Virus record (IMG/VR): IMGVR_UViG_3300015371_000025
Span: 3,405 to 67,404 of that record
DNA: 64,000 nt
Direction: 5' to 3' (one strand)
Source: a virus
Of this stretch, positions 26,676-35,016 are shown in pieces. Positions within the stretch are counted from its first letter, which is position 1, and the number at the start of each line of letters is the position of its first letter. A model generated the notes under the pieces. The model was not told the DNA's origin. It ran no database searches and worked only from the letters and a program-made list of their open reading frames with translations. A program made the translations under genes and the position numbers.

Positions 26676-27134
26676 ATGATCGAATTCGTCTACGACGACG
26701 GCGGCCGTAAAGCTGCCGGATTCAAGGGCGACACCGGCGACTGCGTAACGCGCTCGATCGCCATCGCCACCGGCCTTGAGTACCGCACGGTCTACGACGC
26801 GCTGCACTACGCCGCGCTCAACAACCGTGCCTACATGGCGAGCATGGAGCTGCGCTACGGGAAGAACGCCCGCAAGTACGCGAGCCCGCGCAACGGCATG
26901 AGCAAGAAGATCTACGATCCCTTCCTGGCCGACCTCGGCTGGCAGTGGAAGCCGATGATGGAGTTCGGCAAGGGCTGCCAAGTCCATCTTCGCGAGGACG
27001 AGCTGCCGAGCGGTCGCCTGATCGTAGCCGTGTCGAAGCACATCACGTGCGTCATCGACGGCGTGATCCATGACCTGTACGACCCATCACGAAACGGAAC
27101 GAGGTGTGTGTATGGCATCTATGCGAAGCCGTAA
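26676..27134 (+). CDS. Conserved phage protein with papain/C39-like Cys-His-Asp pattern
   Basis: GDCVTRSIAIATG...HITCVIDGVIHD motif; AGGAG SD. Confidence 0.75.
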   Translation: MIEFVYDDGGRKAAGFKGDTGDCVTRSIAIATGLEYRTVYDALHYAALNNRAYMASMELRYGKNARKYASPRNGMSKKIYDPFLADLGWQWKPMMEFGKGCQVHLREDELPSGRLIVAVSKHITCVIDGVIHDLYDPSRNGTRCVYGIYAKP

Positions 27135-27141
27135 AGATCGA

Positions 27142-27369
27142 ATGATCGATGTCGAGCGCCGGTCGATGGTCCCAGAAGGCGGCCAGGACTCGTTCGAGGT
27201 CGTGGACTACGCCGAGTTCAAGCCCGGCATGTCGGTCTTGACCTACAAGTACACCAGCGCAGGCATTTCGGGCATGCGCCCTGCGACGACGACACGCTGG
27301 TGCGCCTGGGTCAACGACCACGCTCTCGCGAGCGGCGTGCTGCACACGGACTTCGGCAAGGCCGCGTGA
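27142..27369 (+). CDS. Hypothetical protein
   Basis: Fills the operon gap; GC3-rich. Confidence 0.6.
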   Translation: MIDVERRSMVPEGGQDSFEVVDYAEFKPGMSVLTYKYTSAGISGMRPATTTRWCAWVNDHALASGVLHTDFGKAA

Positions 27370-27488
27370 TCACGGTCATCTACTGTCAGAGGTGCCCGGA
27401 GTGTGGCGACTGGTGGATGACGACGATCCCTCCGTTCGGCTCGAAGTGGACCTCACTCTGCTGGGGCTGCCTCGCCTGGCACATCTAG
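27366..27488 (+). CDS. Small Zn-finger protein (CPEC...CWGC)
   Basis: GTGA overlap. Confidence 0.5.
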   Translation: MITVIYCQRCPECGDWWMTTIPPFGSKWTSLCWGCLAWHI

Positions 27489-27500
27489 GAAAGGACTACA

Positions 27501-27902
27501 ATGGCATACAGAACACCAGAAGACCTGTTCGACGAGTTCTCTGCGGACTGGGAGGCGGCCCTGTGCCCGTCCCTCTGTGAGTTCATCGAGCAGTGCCACC
27601 CGGAGCGCCGTGACGATCTGATCGGCACGATCGACATCTACCTCGAGCACGCGCCGACGCCGCCGTACTCGCCGGTCCAGCAGCGCCGTATCGGCGAGAA
27701 GATCAAGGGGCGCATGGGCTCGAGGCTCGATGCAGCCTTCAACGAGGGCTGGAAGGAGTTCAACGAGGGACCGGACGGCTACGCACAGCAACCTGCTCTC
27801 GAGAAGCTCAGGCGCCGCGCACGGTTCCGCTGGGGAGTGCTGCGGATGCGCATCTTCTACGGCGGCATCATCGGCCGCATGAGGACGAAGCCGTGGGACT
27901 GA
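27501..27902 (+). CDS. Hypothetical protein
   Basis: GAAAGGA SD. Confidence 0.75.
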   Translation: MAYRTPEDLFDEFSADWEAALCPSLCEFIEQCHPERRDDLIGTIDIYLEHAPTPPYSPVQQRRIGEKIKGRMGSRLDAAFNEGWKEFNEGPDGYAQQPALEKLRRRARFRWGVLRMRIFYGGIIGRMRTKPWD

Positions 27903-28246
27903 ACGAGTGGCTCACCGAGTTCAACAGACAGGTGTTCATCGAGGGAGATGTAGTCCGCGTGCGCCTGCTCCGAACCAACTTCGAGCTTCGGTTCGAGATG
28001 CCGAACCGCGTGACCATTGACGGCATCAAAGAGCGCGAAGGCGCGGCCTACTCCGTCCCGATCCGCATGCGGCTCATCAACCGCAACAGCGAGAAGGATG
28101 TTCGCGGCTTCGATGGGCGCTACATCAACCCCTACTGGCTGCGGCGATTCGTCTTCGACCTCGCCAACGCCGTCGCGTGGATGGAACGCGAATGGGACTT
28201 GATGTCGGAGGAGTACGTCCAGAAGGTCGAGAACCAAGAAATATAG
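27893..28246 (+). CDS. Hypothetical protein
   Basis: Overlapping gene; stop is the TAG of the promoter box. Confidence 0.7.
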   Translation: MGLNEWLTEFNRQVFIEGDVVRVRLLRTNFELRFEMPNRVTIDGIKEREGAAYSVPIRMRLINRNSEKDVRGFDGRYINPYWLRRFVFDLANAVAWMEREWDLMSEEYVQKVENQEI

Positions 28247-28299
28247 ACACGGACTACAGACTGTTGTAGTCTTCAATAACTCAACCAAGGGAGCCGACA

Positions 28300-28368
28300 A
28301 TGTTCGGATTCATGATCGCGATGGCAGTGCTCTTCGAGACGCTGACCGTCCTGGGAGTCCTAAAGTGA
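28300..28368 (+). CDS. Hydrophobic micro-peptide (22 aa)
   Basis: AAGGGAG SD; MFGFMIAMAVLFETLTVLGVLK*; GTGA-coupled to the next gene. Confidence 0.45.
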   Translation: MFGFMIAMAVLFETLTVLGVLK

Positions 28369-28928
28369 TCTCAACGAAGCAGCAGGAACTCGTCGACCTG
28401 GCAGTAGCCGTCGTCCAGGAGAACGCCGCTCTGGCAATCTCCGACCCGGACGACCGCTGGGGCCGCGAGTACATGGAGGCGTACGCAGTCACGTCCGTGC
28501 TGCGCGACCGGGGGCTCATCGATCACCCGGATCTGAGCAGCCGCGACTCGCACATCCGCGACCGAGGACGCAAGTCGCTCGAGGGCAGGGTCAAGCGCGC
28601 GCTCGACGCCGAGTGCTCGAAGCCGGACACGCGCCTCGTGCGGTGCTCATCGCTCGACACGCCGACCGGCGGCTACCCGCGCCTGAATGGCACGCGCCGG
28701 GGCCTCCACGGGCAGGCGGTGGGCTACACGACGCCCGAGTGCTTCGCCCTGGCCACGCGCGCCGTCGAGGCGGCGCAGAACCAGGCCGCGCGAGAGGCGG
28801 CCAAGATGGACGCGCTCCTCGAGCGCGCGAAGCGAGCAGGCATGCCGGAGCCGTTGAAGGCGTGGACGGATGGCGTCACGTTCGACCGCGACGCCTTCGA
28901 GACCATCATCAACAAGCTGGAGGTGTAG
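28365..28928 (+). CDS. Hypothetical protein
   Basis: 187-aa ORF with typical codon usage. Confidence 0.75.
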   Translation: MISTKQQELVDLAVAVVQENAALAISDPDDRWGREYMEAYAVTSVLRDRGLIDHPDLSSRDSHIRDRGRKSLEGRVKRALDAECSKPDTRLVRCSSLDTPTGGYPRLNGTRRGLHGQAVGYTTPECFALATRAVEAAQNQAAREAAKMDALLERAKRAGMPEPLKAWTDGVTFDRDAFETIINKLEV

Positions 28929-28932
28929 ACAC

Positions 28933-29076
28933 ATGGAGACGTTTGACCTGGGCGACCTCGTGGACGAGATCTGCGATGTGCTCGACAACGCGGGCGCCGC
29001 CGAGCCGGTCAACTGGCCGACCATCTCGAACGCCGTCCTGACCGAGCTTCACGCTCGCGAGGAGCTGATCGGCTAG
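28933..29076 (+). CDS. Small hypothetical protein
   Basis: GGAGG SD; METFDLGDLVDEIC... Confidence 0.62.
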   Translation: METFDLGDLVDEICDVLDNAGAAEPVNWPTISNAVLTELHAREELIG

Positions 29077-29291
29077 TGCCCGAAACCGAGACCAAGCTGA
29101 CCAAGGAGCAGGTCGACGAGCTGATCGAGCGCACGCTCCATATCGCTCGCGGCTCGATGCGCCGGTGGATCGGCGACCGCACGACACGTCAGTACGACGC
29201 GGCCGATGGGGTGGCAGAGGGTGTCGCTCGCGGCATCCGCCACGCGACGCTCGAGATGGGCCTGCGCGACAAGACCGAGGAGGACATCTGA
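29076..29291 (+). CDS. Hypothetical protein
   Basis: TAGTG overlap. Confidence 0.68.
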   Translation: MPETETKLTKEQVDELIERTLHIARGSMRRWIGDRTTRQYDAADGVAEGVARGIRHATLEMGLRDKTEEDI

Positions 29292-29635
29292 TGAGCAACT
29301 TGCAGGCACACATCATCAACGACGAGACCGGCGAGGAGGCCACGCTCGAGGAGCAGCTCGATGCTGCGCGCGAGCTGTGGGCCGAGGTCCAGCGCCTCAC
29401 GATGGAGGCGTGGAAAATCACGCCGCAGTTCGTCCTCAGCCACGACCGCATGACGGTCCGGCGCCAGATGAAAAACGTCAATCTGGTCCAGGAGGGATCG
29501 AGCAAGCTCGCCGCCACGTGCAGCGAGGCCCTTGGCTCACTCCGGCGCAACCGCAAGGCGCGCGAGGAGGGCTTGCAGTGGGCCTTCGAGACCGACCAGG
29601 AGGCCGCCGAGATGGGCGCCAGGAGGGTCGCGTGA
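29291..29635 (+). CDS. Hypothetical protein
   Basis: TGATG overlap, GGAGG SD. Confidence 0.72.
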   Translation: MSNLQAHIINDETGEEATLEEQLDAARELWAEVQRLTMEAWKITPQFVLSHDRMTVRRQMKNVNLVQEGSSKLAATCSEALGSLRRNRKAREEGLQWAFETDQEAAEMGARRVA

Positions 29636-29889
29636 AGGTCAGAGTCGTAGCTACAGACAGCAACGGCATCGAGCACCGCATCGGCGTCTTCAACCACGGC
29701 GTCGTCGTCGAGCACGACGCGATCATCGACACGGCGTCCAACGATGCCGTGCTGGTCCGCTGGCACCCGTCCGGCGTGTGGGTGTCGAAGGCGCAGGCTG
29801 ACGAGGAGTACGGCTTCGAGCCTGGCCTGCGGACGATCCCATCGCCCGCGTTCAGGCGGGTGTTCATCCAGGGCGTGCCAGAGGGCTGA
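29632..29889 (+). CDS. Hypothetical protein
   Basis: GTGA overlap, AGGAG SD. Confidence 0.68.
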   Translation: MKVRVVATDSNGIEHRIGVFNHGVVVEHDAIIDTASNDAVLVRWHPSGVWVSKAQADEEYGFEPGLRTIPSPAFRRVFIQGVPEG

Positions 29890-30024
29890 TCTGGAAAGCA
29901 GAGAGGGCCAGGGGGCTCGACTCCCCTGACCCTCTCACCCAGAACGAAAGGTCTGTCTCAACCGATCGAGCGCAAAGCGTACCATACGCAGGCAAGATCC
30001 AGGACGAAAGGAATCAACACCTAC

Positions 30025-30426
30025 ATGGCTGACGAACTCACCGATCGCGAGAAGCTCCAGAAGATCCTGGAGGCCCTCAACATGCCGGAGTCGCAGTACG
30101 CCATCCAAGGCGACGCTGCGCGTGTCATCGCGGGGACACAGAGCGAAACCGACCACATGATGCTGGCCGTGTCTACAGCTCTGTGGTTCATGTTCTACGA
30201 GTCGACCGAGGGCGGCCTGATCTGGGGCCTCTGGGTCCCCGAGCCCAACGACCCCGAGGAACTCTGCGACGCGCCCATCATCTACGTGAGCCTGCTCGAC
30301 ATCGAGATCCGCTGCACGTTCGGGGCGGGCACGCCGGACCACACCTGCGCCACAGAGATCGCCAAGGCCAAGATTGTCGACGGCTGGCCGATCGCCTTCG
30401 GCGACGCCATCGCGATCGGCGTCTGA
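30025..30426 (+). CDS. Hypothetical protein
   Basis: GAAAGGA SD; last plus-strand gene. Confidence 0.75.
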   Translation: MADELTDREKLQKILEALNMPESQYAIQGDAARVIAGTQSETDHMMLAVSTALWFMFYESTEGGLIWGLWVPEPNDPEELCDAPIIYVSLLDIEIRCTFGAGTPDHTCATEIAKAKIVDGWPIAFGDAIAIGV

Positions 30427-30436
30427 GGGAGGGCAT

Positions 30437-30466
30437 AGAAAAGGCCCGCCGTAGCGGGCCGTTTCT
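30437..30466. terminator. Bidirectional terminator at the convergence of the two genome halves
   Basis: AGAAAA-GGCCCGC-cgta-GCGGGCC-GTTTCT. Confidence 0.7.
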
Positions 30467-30509
30467 GGGGAGAAGCGGGGCGGCGGGGGTGACCGCCCCG
30501 CCCTCCTCC

Positions 30510-30764
30510 TCAGTAGCGCTTGTCGGCGCTGGGACCGATGCCGAGCGTGGGGTTCCGCTTGCCCTGGAGCGAGAGGACACGCGGGTTGGTGACCCGGACG
30601 CTCGAGCCCCTGATGAGGTCCACGTCGCGGGTCGCTCGCGGTCGCGGGACGATGCGGCCGTCCGGCAGCTCCGTTCCGGCCCTGACACCACGGCCGGTCG
30701 GTCGGTACGTCGACATGCTCCCGCCATCCGACAGGAACGTGCTGATCTTGCCTCGCGTCGCCAT
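30510..30764 (-). CDS. Small basic hypothetical protein
   Basis: AGGAGG SD; preceded by the late-type motif GGGTAAGATCC. Confidence 0.7.
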   Translation of the reverse strand: MATRGKISTFLSDGGSMSTYRPTGRGVRAGTELPDGRIVPRPRATRDVDLIRGSSVRVTNPRVLSLQGKRNPTLGIGPSADKRY

Positions 30765-30836
30765 ATCGCCTCCTGTGTTGGGTCCGATCGGTAAAGCGCG
30801 CCCTTGGATCTTACCCAATCCGGGCGCCTACGCAAC

Positions 30837-31019
30837 CTAGGCGTCCACGATGTCCTCGAGCTGGTGGACCAGCAACATGAAGCCCCCACCGCGCACGAGC
30901 TGGAAGGCTAGCCCGGCCTGCACATCCTCACGCCACCGCTCGGTGCTGACGTTGTACCTCTGATCAGCTACAAGCCGAAGAGAGATACGCCCGCCAGCCA
31001 TCTCCACGATGGTGTGCAT
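30837..31019 (-). CDS. Hypothetical protein
   Basis: 60-aa ORF in an operon. Confidence 0.55.
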   Translation of the reverse strand: MHTIVEMAGGRISLRLVADQRYNVSTERWREDVQAGLAFQLVRGGGFMLLVHQLEDIVDA

Positions 31020-31025
31020 GTGTAG

Positions 31026-31307
31026 CTAGAAGTCGGACTCCCCGAGGTACTCGGCCTCGGGCTGAATCGGGAAACCGCCGCCGGAGTTGGCGGGGAAGAT
31101 GCCGTTGACCGTCCTGCGGCTCGGGCGGAGCAGCGGGACTCCGGGCGTGCCGTCGACACCAGGACCGGGCTGCCCCGCACGAAGCGGCTTGCGGTCCCGG
31201 AAGCCAGGTGCAGACGGGTGTCCCGAGGCCAGCTCGTGCGCCGTCATCGCGGGGATGACGCCGTAGTCGATCTGAGTCCACGGGGACTTGAGCCCGGAGC
31301 CAGCCAC
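31026..31307 (-). CDS. Hypothetical Pro/Gly-rich protein
   Basis: Operon gene with GC3-rich codons. Confidence 0.62.
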   Translation of the reverse strand: MAGSGLKSPWTQIDYGVIPAMTAHELASGHPSAPGFRDRKPLRAGQPGPGVDGTPGVPLLRPSRRTVNGIFPANSGGGFPIQPEAEYLGESDF

Positions 31308-31436
31308 CTAGAACACCTTCTTCGGGACGCTCGGGAGGAAGATGGTCTTCTTCTTCGACTTCGAGAACGTCGGCTGCTTGAGCGTGCCGTGCCCGTTGCC
31401 GAAGCCCGGCGCATTGCTTCTGCGGTTGCCGCTCAC
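31308..31436 (-). CDS. Small basic protein (42 aa)
   Basis: AGGAGG SD, GTGA overlap; MSGNRRSNAPGFG...KKVF*. Confidence 0.55.
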   Translation of the reverse strand: MSGNRRSNAPGFGNGHGTLKQPTFSKSKKKTIFLPSVPKKVF

Positions 31437-31663
31437 TGCGCACCTCCTGACGGGCCGTCGCCGGTGGCCGAGGAGTCACCCTCGCCGCCGTCCGGGCCGA
31501 TATTCGATCCGTCGCCGCCACCCTCCGTGGGAGTGGTACCAGCAACGCCGGTCGAGGTCGTGTCGCCGGTCGTGGTGCCGGACGTGTCGACGCCCGTGAC
31601 GGGCTCCTCCTCGTCGGGCTTGCGGCCGGGCGTCTCGCCCTCGTACTGCTTCTCTTCGTCCAC
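31433..31663 (-). CDS. Low-complexity acidic Gly/Thr-rich protein
   Basis: GAAAGGAG SD; downstream of the late motif at 31691. Confidence 0.62.
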   Translation of the reverse strand: MDEEKQYEGETPGRKPDEEEPVTGVDTSGTTTGDTTSTGVAGTTPTEGGGDGSNIGPDGGEGDSSATGDGPSGGAQ

Positions 31664-31695
31664 GACGCTCCTTTCAGATCAGGGACACCCGGATC

Positions 31696-31962
31696 TTACC
31701 CGGATGTCGTCATCTCCACGAGGTCGGGCTGCGGGTCAACGTACTCGCCGGGGCGCGGGACGCGCATGAGGGTCACGCCGTCGATCTCCGTGTTGCCGTC
31801 GTCGTCCCGCACAACGAGCACCGGCGCGAGCCAGGGGGGCGGTTCGTCCAGGTCGTAGATCACGATCGCGCCGTCGATGATGGCCCATCCCTCAGACCAG
31901 TTGCCGACATCCTCGTGGTCCTTGGTGGCCATGATCTGCTGGAGCCTGCCGCTAGGAATCAT
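31696..31962 (-). CDS. Hypothetical protein
   Basis: AGGAG SD. Confidence 0.65.
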   Translation of the reverse strand: MIPSGRLQQIMATKDHEDVGNWSEGWAIIDGAIVIYDLDEPPPWLAPVLVVRDDDGNTEIDGVTLMRVPRPGEYVDPQPDLVEMTTSG

Positions 31963-31984
31963 TTAGATCTCCTGTGTGTAGTAG

Positions 31985-32173
31985 TTACTTCTTGCGACGA
32001 CGCTTGTTGCGCTTCCGGGCGGCGGCCGACTTCTTGGCCATGCCCTTCTTGCCGTACTTCTTGATGCCTGCCGAGGCCGCGATCTTGGTCGCCGAGCTGT
32101 GGCTGTAGCCCTTGCGCTTGAGCTTGGACCGCATCTTCGAGAAGTTGCTCTGCTTCCGCTTCCGCTTGGCCAT
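31985..32173 (-). CDS. Very basic protamine-like protein (62 aa)
   Basis: AGGAGG SD; K/R-rich, KKYGKKGMAKKSAAARK. Confidence 0.72.
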   Translation of the reverse strand: MAKRKRKQSNFSKMRSKLKRKGYSHSSATKIAASAGIKKYGKKGMAKKSAAARKRNKRRRKK

Positions 32174-32185
32174 GACCGACCTCCT

Positions 32186-32323
32186 CTACTTCTTCTTCTT
32201 GCGCTTCCCCCAGCGAGCCCACGCGGCCTTCCTCGAGCCCGCTGCTGACTTCTTGTGGCTGATGCGCTTGTGGCCCTTCCGGGCAGCCCTGCTCTTCGGG
32301 GCGCCCTTCTTCCGATTAGCCAT
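32186..32323 (-). CDS. Very basic protamine-like protein (45 aa)
   Basis: AGGAG SD; MANRKKGAPKSRAARKGHKRISHKKSAAGSRKAAWARWGKRKKKK*. Confidence 0.65.
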   Translation of the reverse strand: MANRKKGAPKSRAARKGHKRISHKKSAAGSRKAAWARWGKRKKKK

Positions 32324-32513
32324 CTGATTCTCCTAGCCTGGTCAAGTCCTCGAACACGACCTGCTGAGCATGCTCCTCGGCTGCGCTCAGCTCGGTACCG
32401 TACTCGTCGAGCGCGTCGACTCGTGCATCGTTGTAGCGCTCGACCTCCTCAACAATGCCGAGCCCGAACTTGGACTCGATCTCGTTGCGGACGATGCGAT
32501 TGGTCCTCACCAT
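32316..32513 (-). CDS. Hypothetical protein
   Basis: TGATG overlap, GAGGAG SD. Confidence 0.62.
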   Translation of the reverse strand: MVRTNRIVRNEIESKFGLGIVEEVERYNDARVDALDEYGTELSAAEEHAQQVVFEDLTRLGESDG

Positions 32514-32704
32514 CAGTGCTCCTCGGGCGGACCCCACAGGGGCACGTTGTCTGCCACGCGTCCGATCTGGAAGGCAACCTCCAGGAGCGCATGAACAATC
32601 GCTACTCCCACAGCCACCTCTGCCGTGTCGTACGACTTCTGCTCAGCAGCCACCTTCGCAGCCTTGAGCGCCTTGCGCTTGTTCGGCGAAACCGTACGCG
32701 TCAT
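32513..32704 (-). CDS. Hypothetical protein
   Basis: ATGA overlap, AGGAG SD. Confidence 0.55.
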   Translation of the reverse strand: MTRTVSPNKRKALKAAKVAAEQKSYDTAEVAVGVAIVHALLEVAFQIGRVADNVPLWGPPEEH

Positions 32705-32880
32705 TCGATTTCTCCTATCTCTACCTCTACACGGTGACCTTCCGCGCAGACCATGAATGTTGGACCAGGCACCCACTGGTCGCCGGTGAACTTCATCCAA
32801 CGCGTTTCCACGCGCTGCACCGGCGTGCCGCACTGATGACACGGCGGCGAAGCCAGCTCGATCAGCTCGGCCCTGTTCAT
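32701..32880 (-). CDS. Small Zn-binding protein (CHQC...CAEGH)
   Basis: 59-aa ORF MNRAELIELASPPCHQCG... Confidence 0.55.
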   Translation of the reverse strand: MNRAELIELASPPCHQCGTPVQRVETRWMKFTGDQWVPGPTFMVCAEGHRVEVEIGEIE

Positions 32881-32913
32881 AGCCGCCCCTTGCGATTCAT
32901 CGCTCGTCGCCTC

Positions 32914-33306
32914 CTACTCCGAGCCCTCACGCAGTAGCGCCGGGATCCTCGCCGTACGCCTCTTGATCTCTGCGCGGTCGGGCTCAATGAAGCGGCCTCC
33001 TTGTTCGGTTCGACCGGCGATCCAGTCACCGGCCCGCTGCACGATGAAGATCTCGCCGTCCACGTCGATCGCCATGACCGGCTCCTGCTCGCCCCGGCAG
33101 TGGCGCTGGATCTCACGAAGGTGGCCCTTCTCGACGCGGAAGCTCTGTGCCTGTGTGTGCTTACAGCTCACGAGCACTGAGGCATCGCCGAGATCCATCT
33201 TGGCGTGCCACTGGTTGCCACTGCCCCGCGTGGGCTTGACCCCGAGCACGGCGCCGAAGCGCCCCTCGAAGTCGTAGCCCTCTTCCTGTGCGGTCTTCTT
33301 CTTCAC
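32914..33306 (-). CDS. PD-(D/E)XK nuclease, Hjc/Holliday-junction-resolvase-like
   Basis: GYDFE...RGSGN...KMD...VSCKHT motif arrangement. Confidence 0.68.
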   Translation of the reverse strand: MKKKTAQEEGYDFEGRFGAVLGVKPTRGSGNQWHAKMDLGDASVLVSCKHTQAQSFRVEKGHLREIQRHCRGEQEPVMAIDVDGEIFIVQRAGDWIAGRTEQGGRFIEPDRAEIKRRTARIPALLREGSE

Positions 33307-33313
33307 GCTACCT

Positions 33314-33721
33314 CTATCTGTTGCAAGCCTCGAGACCTCGCGCGGCCAACACGCGGTAGCCCTTCGAGGCGGGATGGATCCCGTCGAGCCGCTTGACGGA
33401 GCCCCACGGGATGAGATGCAGGCGCCGGTCGTGCGAGGCTCTCAGCTCGAGCACGCGGTTGAACTCCGGGCGCTTCGGGACACGGAGCCAGGCCACGCAC
33501 GTGCGTCCCTGCATGACCTGGCGAACAACCGACCGAAAGTGGGCCACGGTGCGAGGATCATCGTTGGCCCCGAGGCTCACGATCAGCCGACCATCGGCAT
33601 GAGCCAGTATCCGATGAAGACCGACGCCGCTTGACCGACCAACAGCAGCGTCAGTCTTGTGTGCAACATGTACCTGTTGGGAGATGCCAACAGCAAGACT
33701 ATCTCCGGCGACTAGCAGCAA
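33314..33721 (-). CDS. SGNH/GDSL hydrolase
   Basis: Block I AGDSLAVG, block III SLGAND, block V DGIHP. Confidence 0.82.
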   Translation of the reverse strand: MLLVAGDSLAVGISQQVHVAHKTDAAVGRSSGVGLHRILAHADGRLIVSLGANDDPRTVAHFRSVVRQVMQGRTCVAWLRVPKRPEFNRVLELRASHDRRLHLIPWGSVKRLDGIHPASKGYRVLAARGLEACNR

Positions 33722-33723
33722 GG

Positions 33724-34014
33724 CTACGTCGCTCGATCTCCCTGCGAATGTACTCGCGGATGCAAAGGAGGCACCCGCACCCCCGATCGAATCCCCGACA
33801 CGGAGCTTTGTCCATCAGCGCTCTCCTTGCTGGACTCGGCCGAGATCTGCTGCGACTCGCCTGTGCAGCAGCTCTCTAGCACTTGACGACAGTGCCCGCA
33901 CTGGACGTGCCCGGCGACCTTGACGGGGTGCTGTAGCCAGCCGCAGTGAGGACATACCTCGGCAGGGATTCCCGCGTACTCCTTGGTCCTAACGCCCGCC
34001 CACGAACCCCTCAT
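33724..34014 (-). CDS. Zn-finger protein (CPHC...CGHC)
   Basis: ATGA overlap; Cys pairs. Confidence 0.5.
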   Translation of the reverse strand: MRGSWAGVRTKEYAGIPAEVCPHCGWLQHPVKVAGHVQCGHCRQVLESCCTGESQQISAESSKESADGQSSVSGIRSGVRVPPLHPRVHSQGDRAT

Positions 34015-34220
34015 TTCTTCGCCACCGCTGCGTGGGCATCGGCTGCGGCGAAGATGGCCGCCATAGCTCGAGCGCGCTGATTGCTCGAGCGAGCCAGGAA
34101 CGTCCCCTGAGCTGTCGTGATCTCGACAGCCGCAATCATGCCGGGAACAGCTACAGGGAGGTTCTTGCCCTGCTTGGCGGTAGCAAAGAACGCGATGACT
34201 TCTCGAGTCTCTGTAGACAT
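34011..34220 (-). CDS. Hypothetical protein
   Basis: 69-aa operon gene. Confidence 0.6.
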   Translation of the reverse strand: MSTETREVIAFFATAKQGKNLPVAVPGMIAAVEITTAQGTFLARSSNQRARAMAAIFAAADAHAAVAKK

Positions 34221-34224
34221 AGCG

Positions 34225-35016
34225 CTAGAGAGTCGAGAGGAACTGCTGGAGCTGGTCGATCGCGTACCCTTGCGGAGTCTTTCCTGATGTACGTAGGTAA
34301 TCAGGGTTGACGAAGGCGTATGCCTCGTCCACGTAGGTGTCCCACCATCGCCACGTGTAGCGCTGCCGCTGGCCCCAGGTGACCACCTGGCCGCCGTTCT
34401 TGTCGTAGGCGGGGGTCCACATAGCGTGGCCGCCCCACGAGCCGAACCTGTCGAGCCGGGCGTCGCCAGTCAGGTCCCAGACAGAACGACCGATCTGCTG
34501 AGCTGCGGCGTTCGGCAGGCCCGCTCCGATGTAGAGCCCGCCGAAGAGGTACGAAGCCAACCGCACCTCGTCGTGGTCCTTCGGGTCGACGGCAGCGAAG
34601 CCAAGGATTTTGTGGGCCTGGCCGTTCTTCTGACGGCCGACGCCGACCTTGCGGAAGTAGTTCGCGCCGTCGAGCAGGTAGATCCCGTTGTCGTTCTCGC
34701 CGGTCTCGGGGTTGTAGCCCGAGATCGCTGAGTAGGCACGCACGATGTCGTCATCGGTGAGCTGGATCTCGCGCTGCTGAGATGAGCGCTCGAGCCCCAC
34801 GGTCTCGTGCCCGAAGCTCGCCACGCCACAGTCCCCAATATCGTTGTTCTTGAACACCGGGAACGTCGTCTGCGTGTGGGCGATGTCGTGGAGCCTTGGA
34901 ACGGTCGGCAGCTTCGGAGGCAGGATCGCCTTCACTGCCAGGGTGCGCCGATCGTGAACGACGCCGAGCTTCTTGCCCAATTTGAGATTCGGAGCGTCAT
35001 GATCTGTGTAGGTCAT
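34225..35016 (-). CDS. Papain-like (C1/C39-type) cysteine peptidase-like protein in the lysis region
   Basis: NNDIGDCGVASFGH, WGGHAMW, VVTWG, YVDEAYA motifs. Confidence 0.72.
   Translation of the reverse strand: MTYTDHDAPNLKLGKKLGVVHDRRTLAVKAILPPKLPTVPRLHDIAHTQTTFPVFKNNDIGDCGVASFGHETVGLERSSQQREIQLTDDDIVRAYSAISGYNPETGENDNGIYLLDGANYFRKVGVGRQKNGQAHKILGFAAVDPKDHDEVRLASYLFGGLYIGAGLPNAAAQQIGRSVWDLTGDARLDRFGSWGGHAMWTPAYDKNGGQVVTWGQRQRYTWRWWDTYVDEAYAFVNPDYLRTSGKTPQGYAIDQLQQFLSTL

Larger units (their letters stand above)
354..28270 (+). repeat. Family of ~45 conserved promoter/cassette-boundary elements (consensus TAAATAGACAC-gaac-CTACAGAGAGG-TANNNT-n6-ATG)
   Basis: Copies start at about 354, 620, 1164, 1407, 2026, 2138, 2333, 2890, 4078, 4165, 4246, 4573, 5074, 5385, 5666, 5917, 6276, 6528, 6801, 7184, 7677, 7919, 8458, 9453, 9644, 9908, 10307, 10696, 11100, 11753, 12136, 12633, 13564, 14455, 15229, 15728, 16693, 17167, 18406, 18924, 20032, 21717, 22844, 26252 and 28242. 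TAGACA-N16/17-TANNNT matches sigma70/SigA geometry, and the ATG usually lies 6-7 nt after the -10 (leaderless). Confidence 0.93.
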
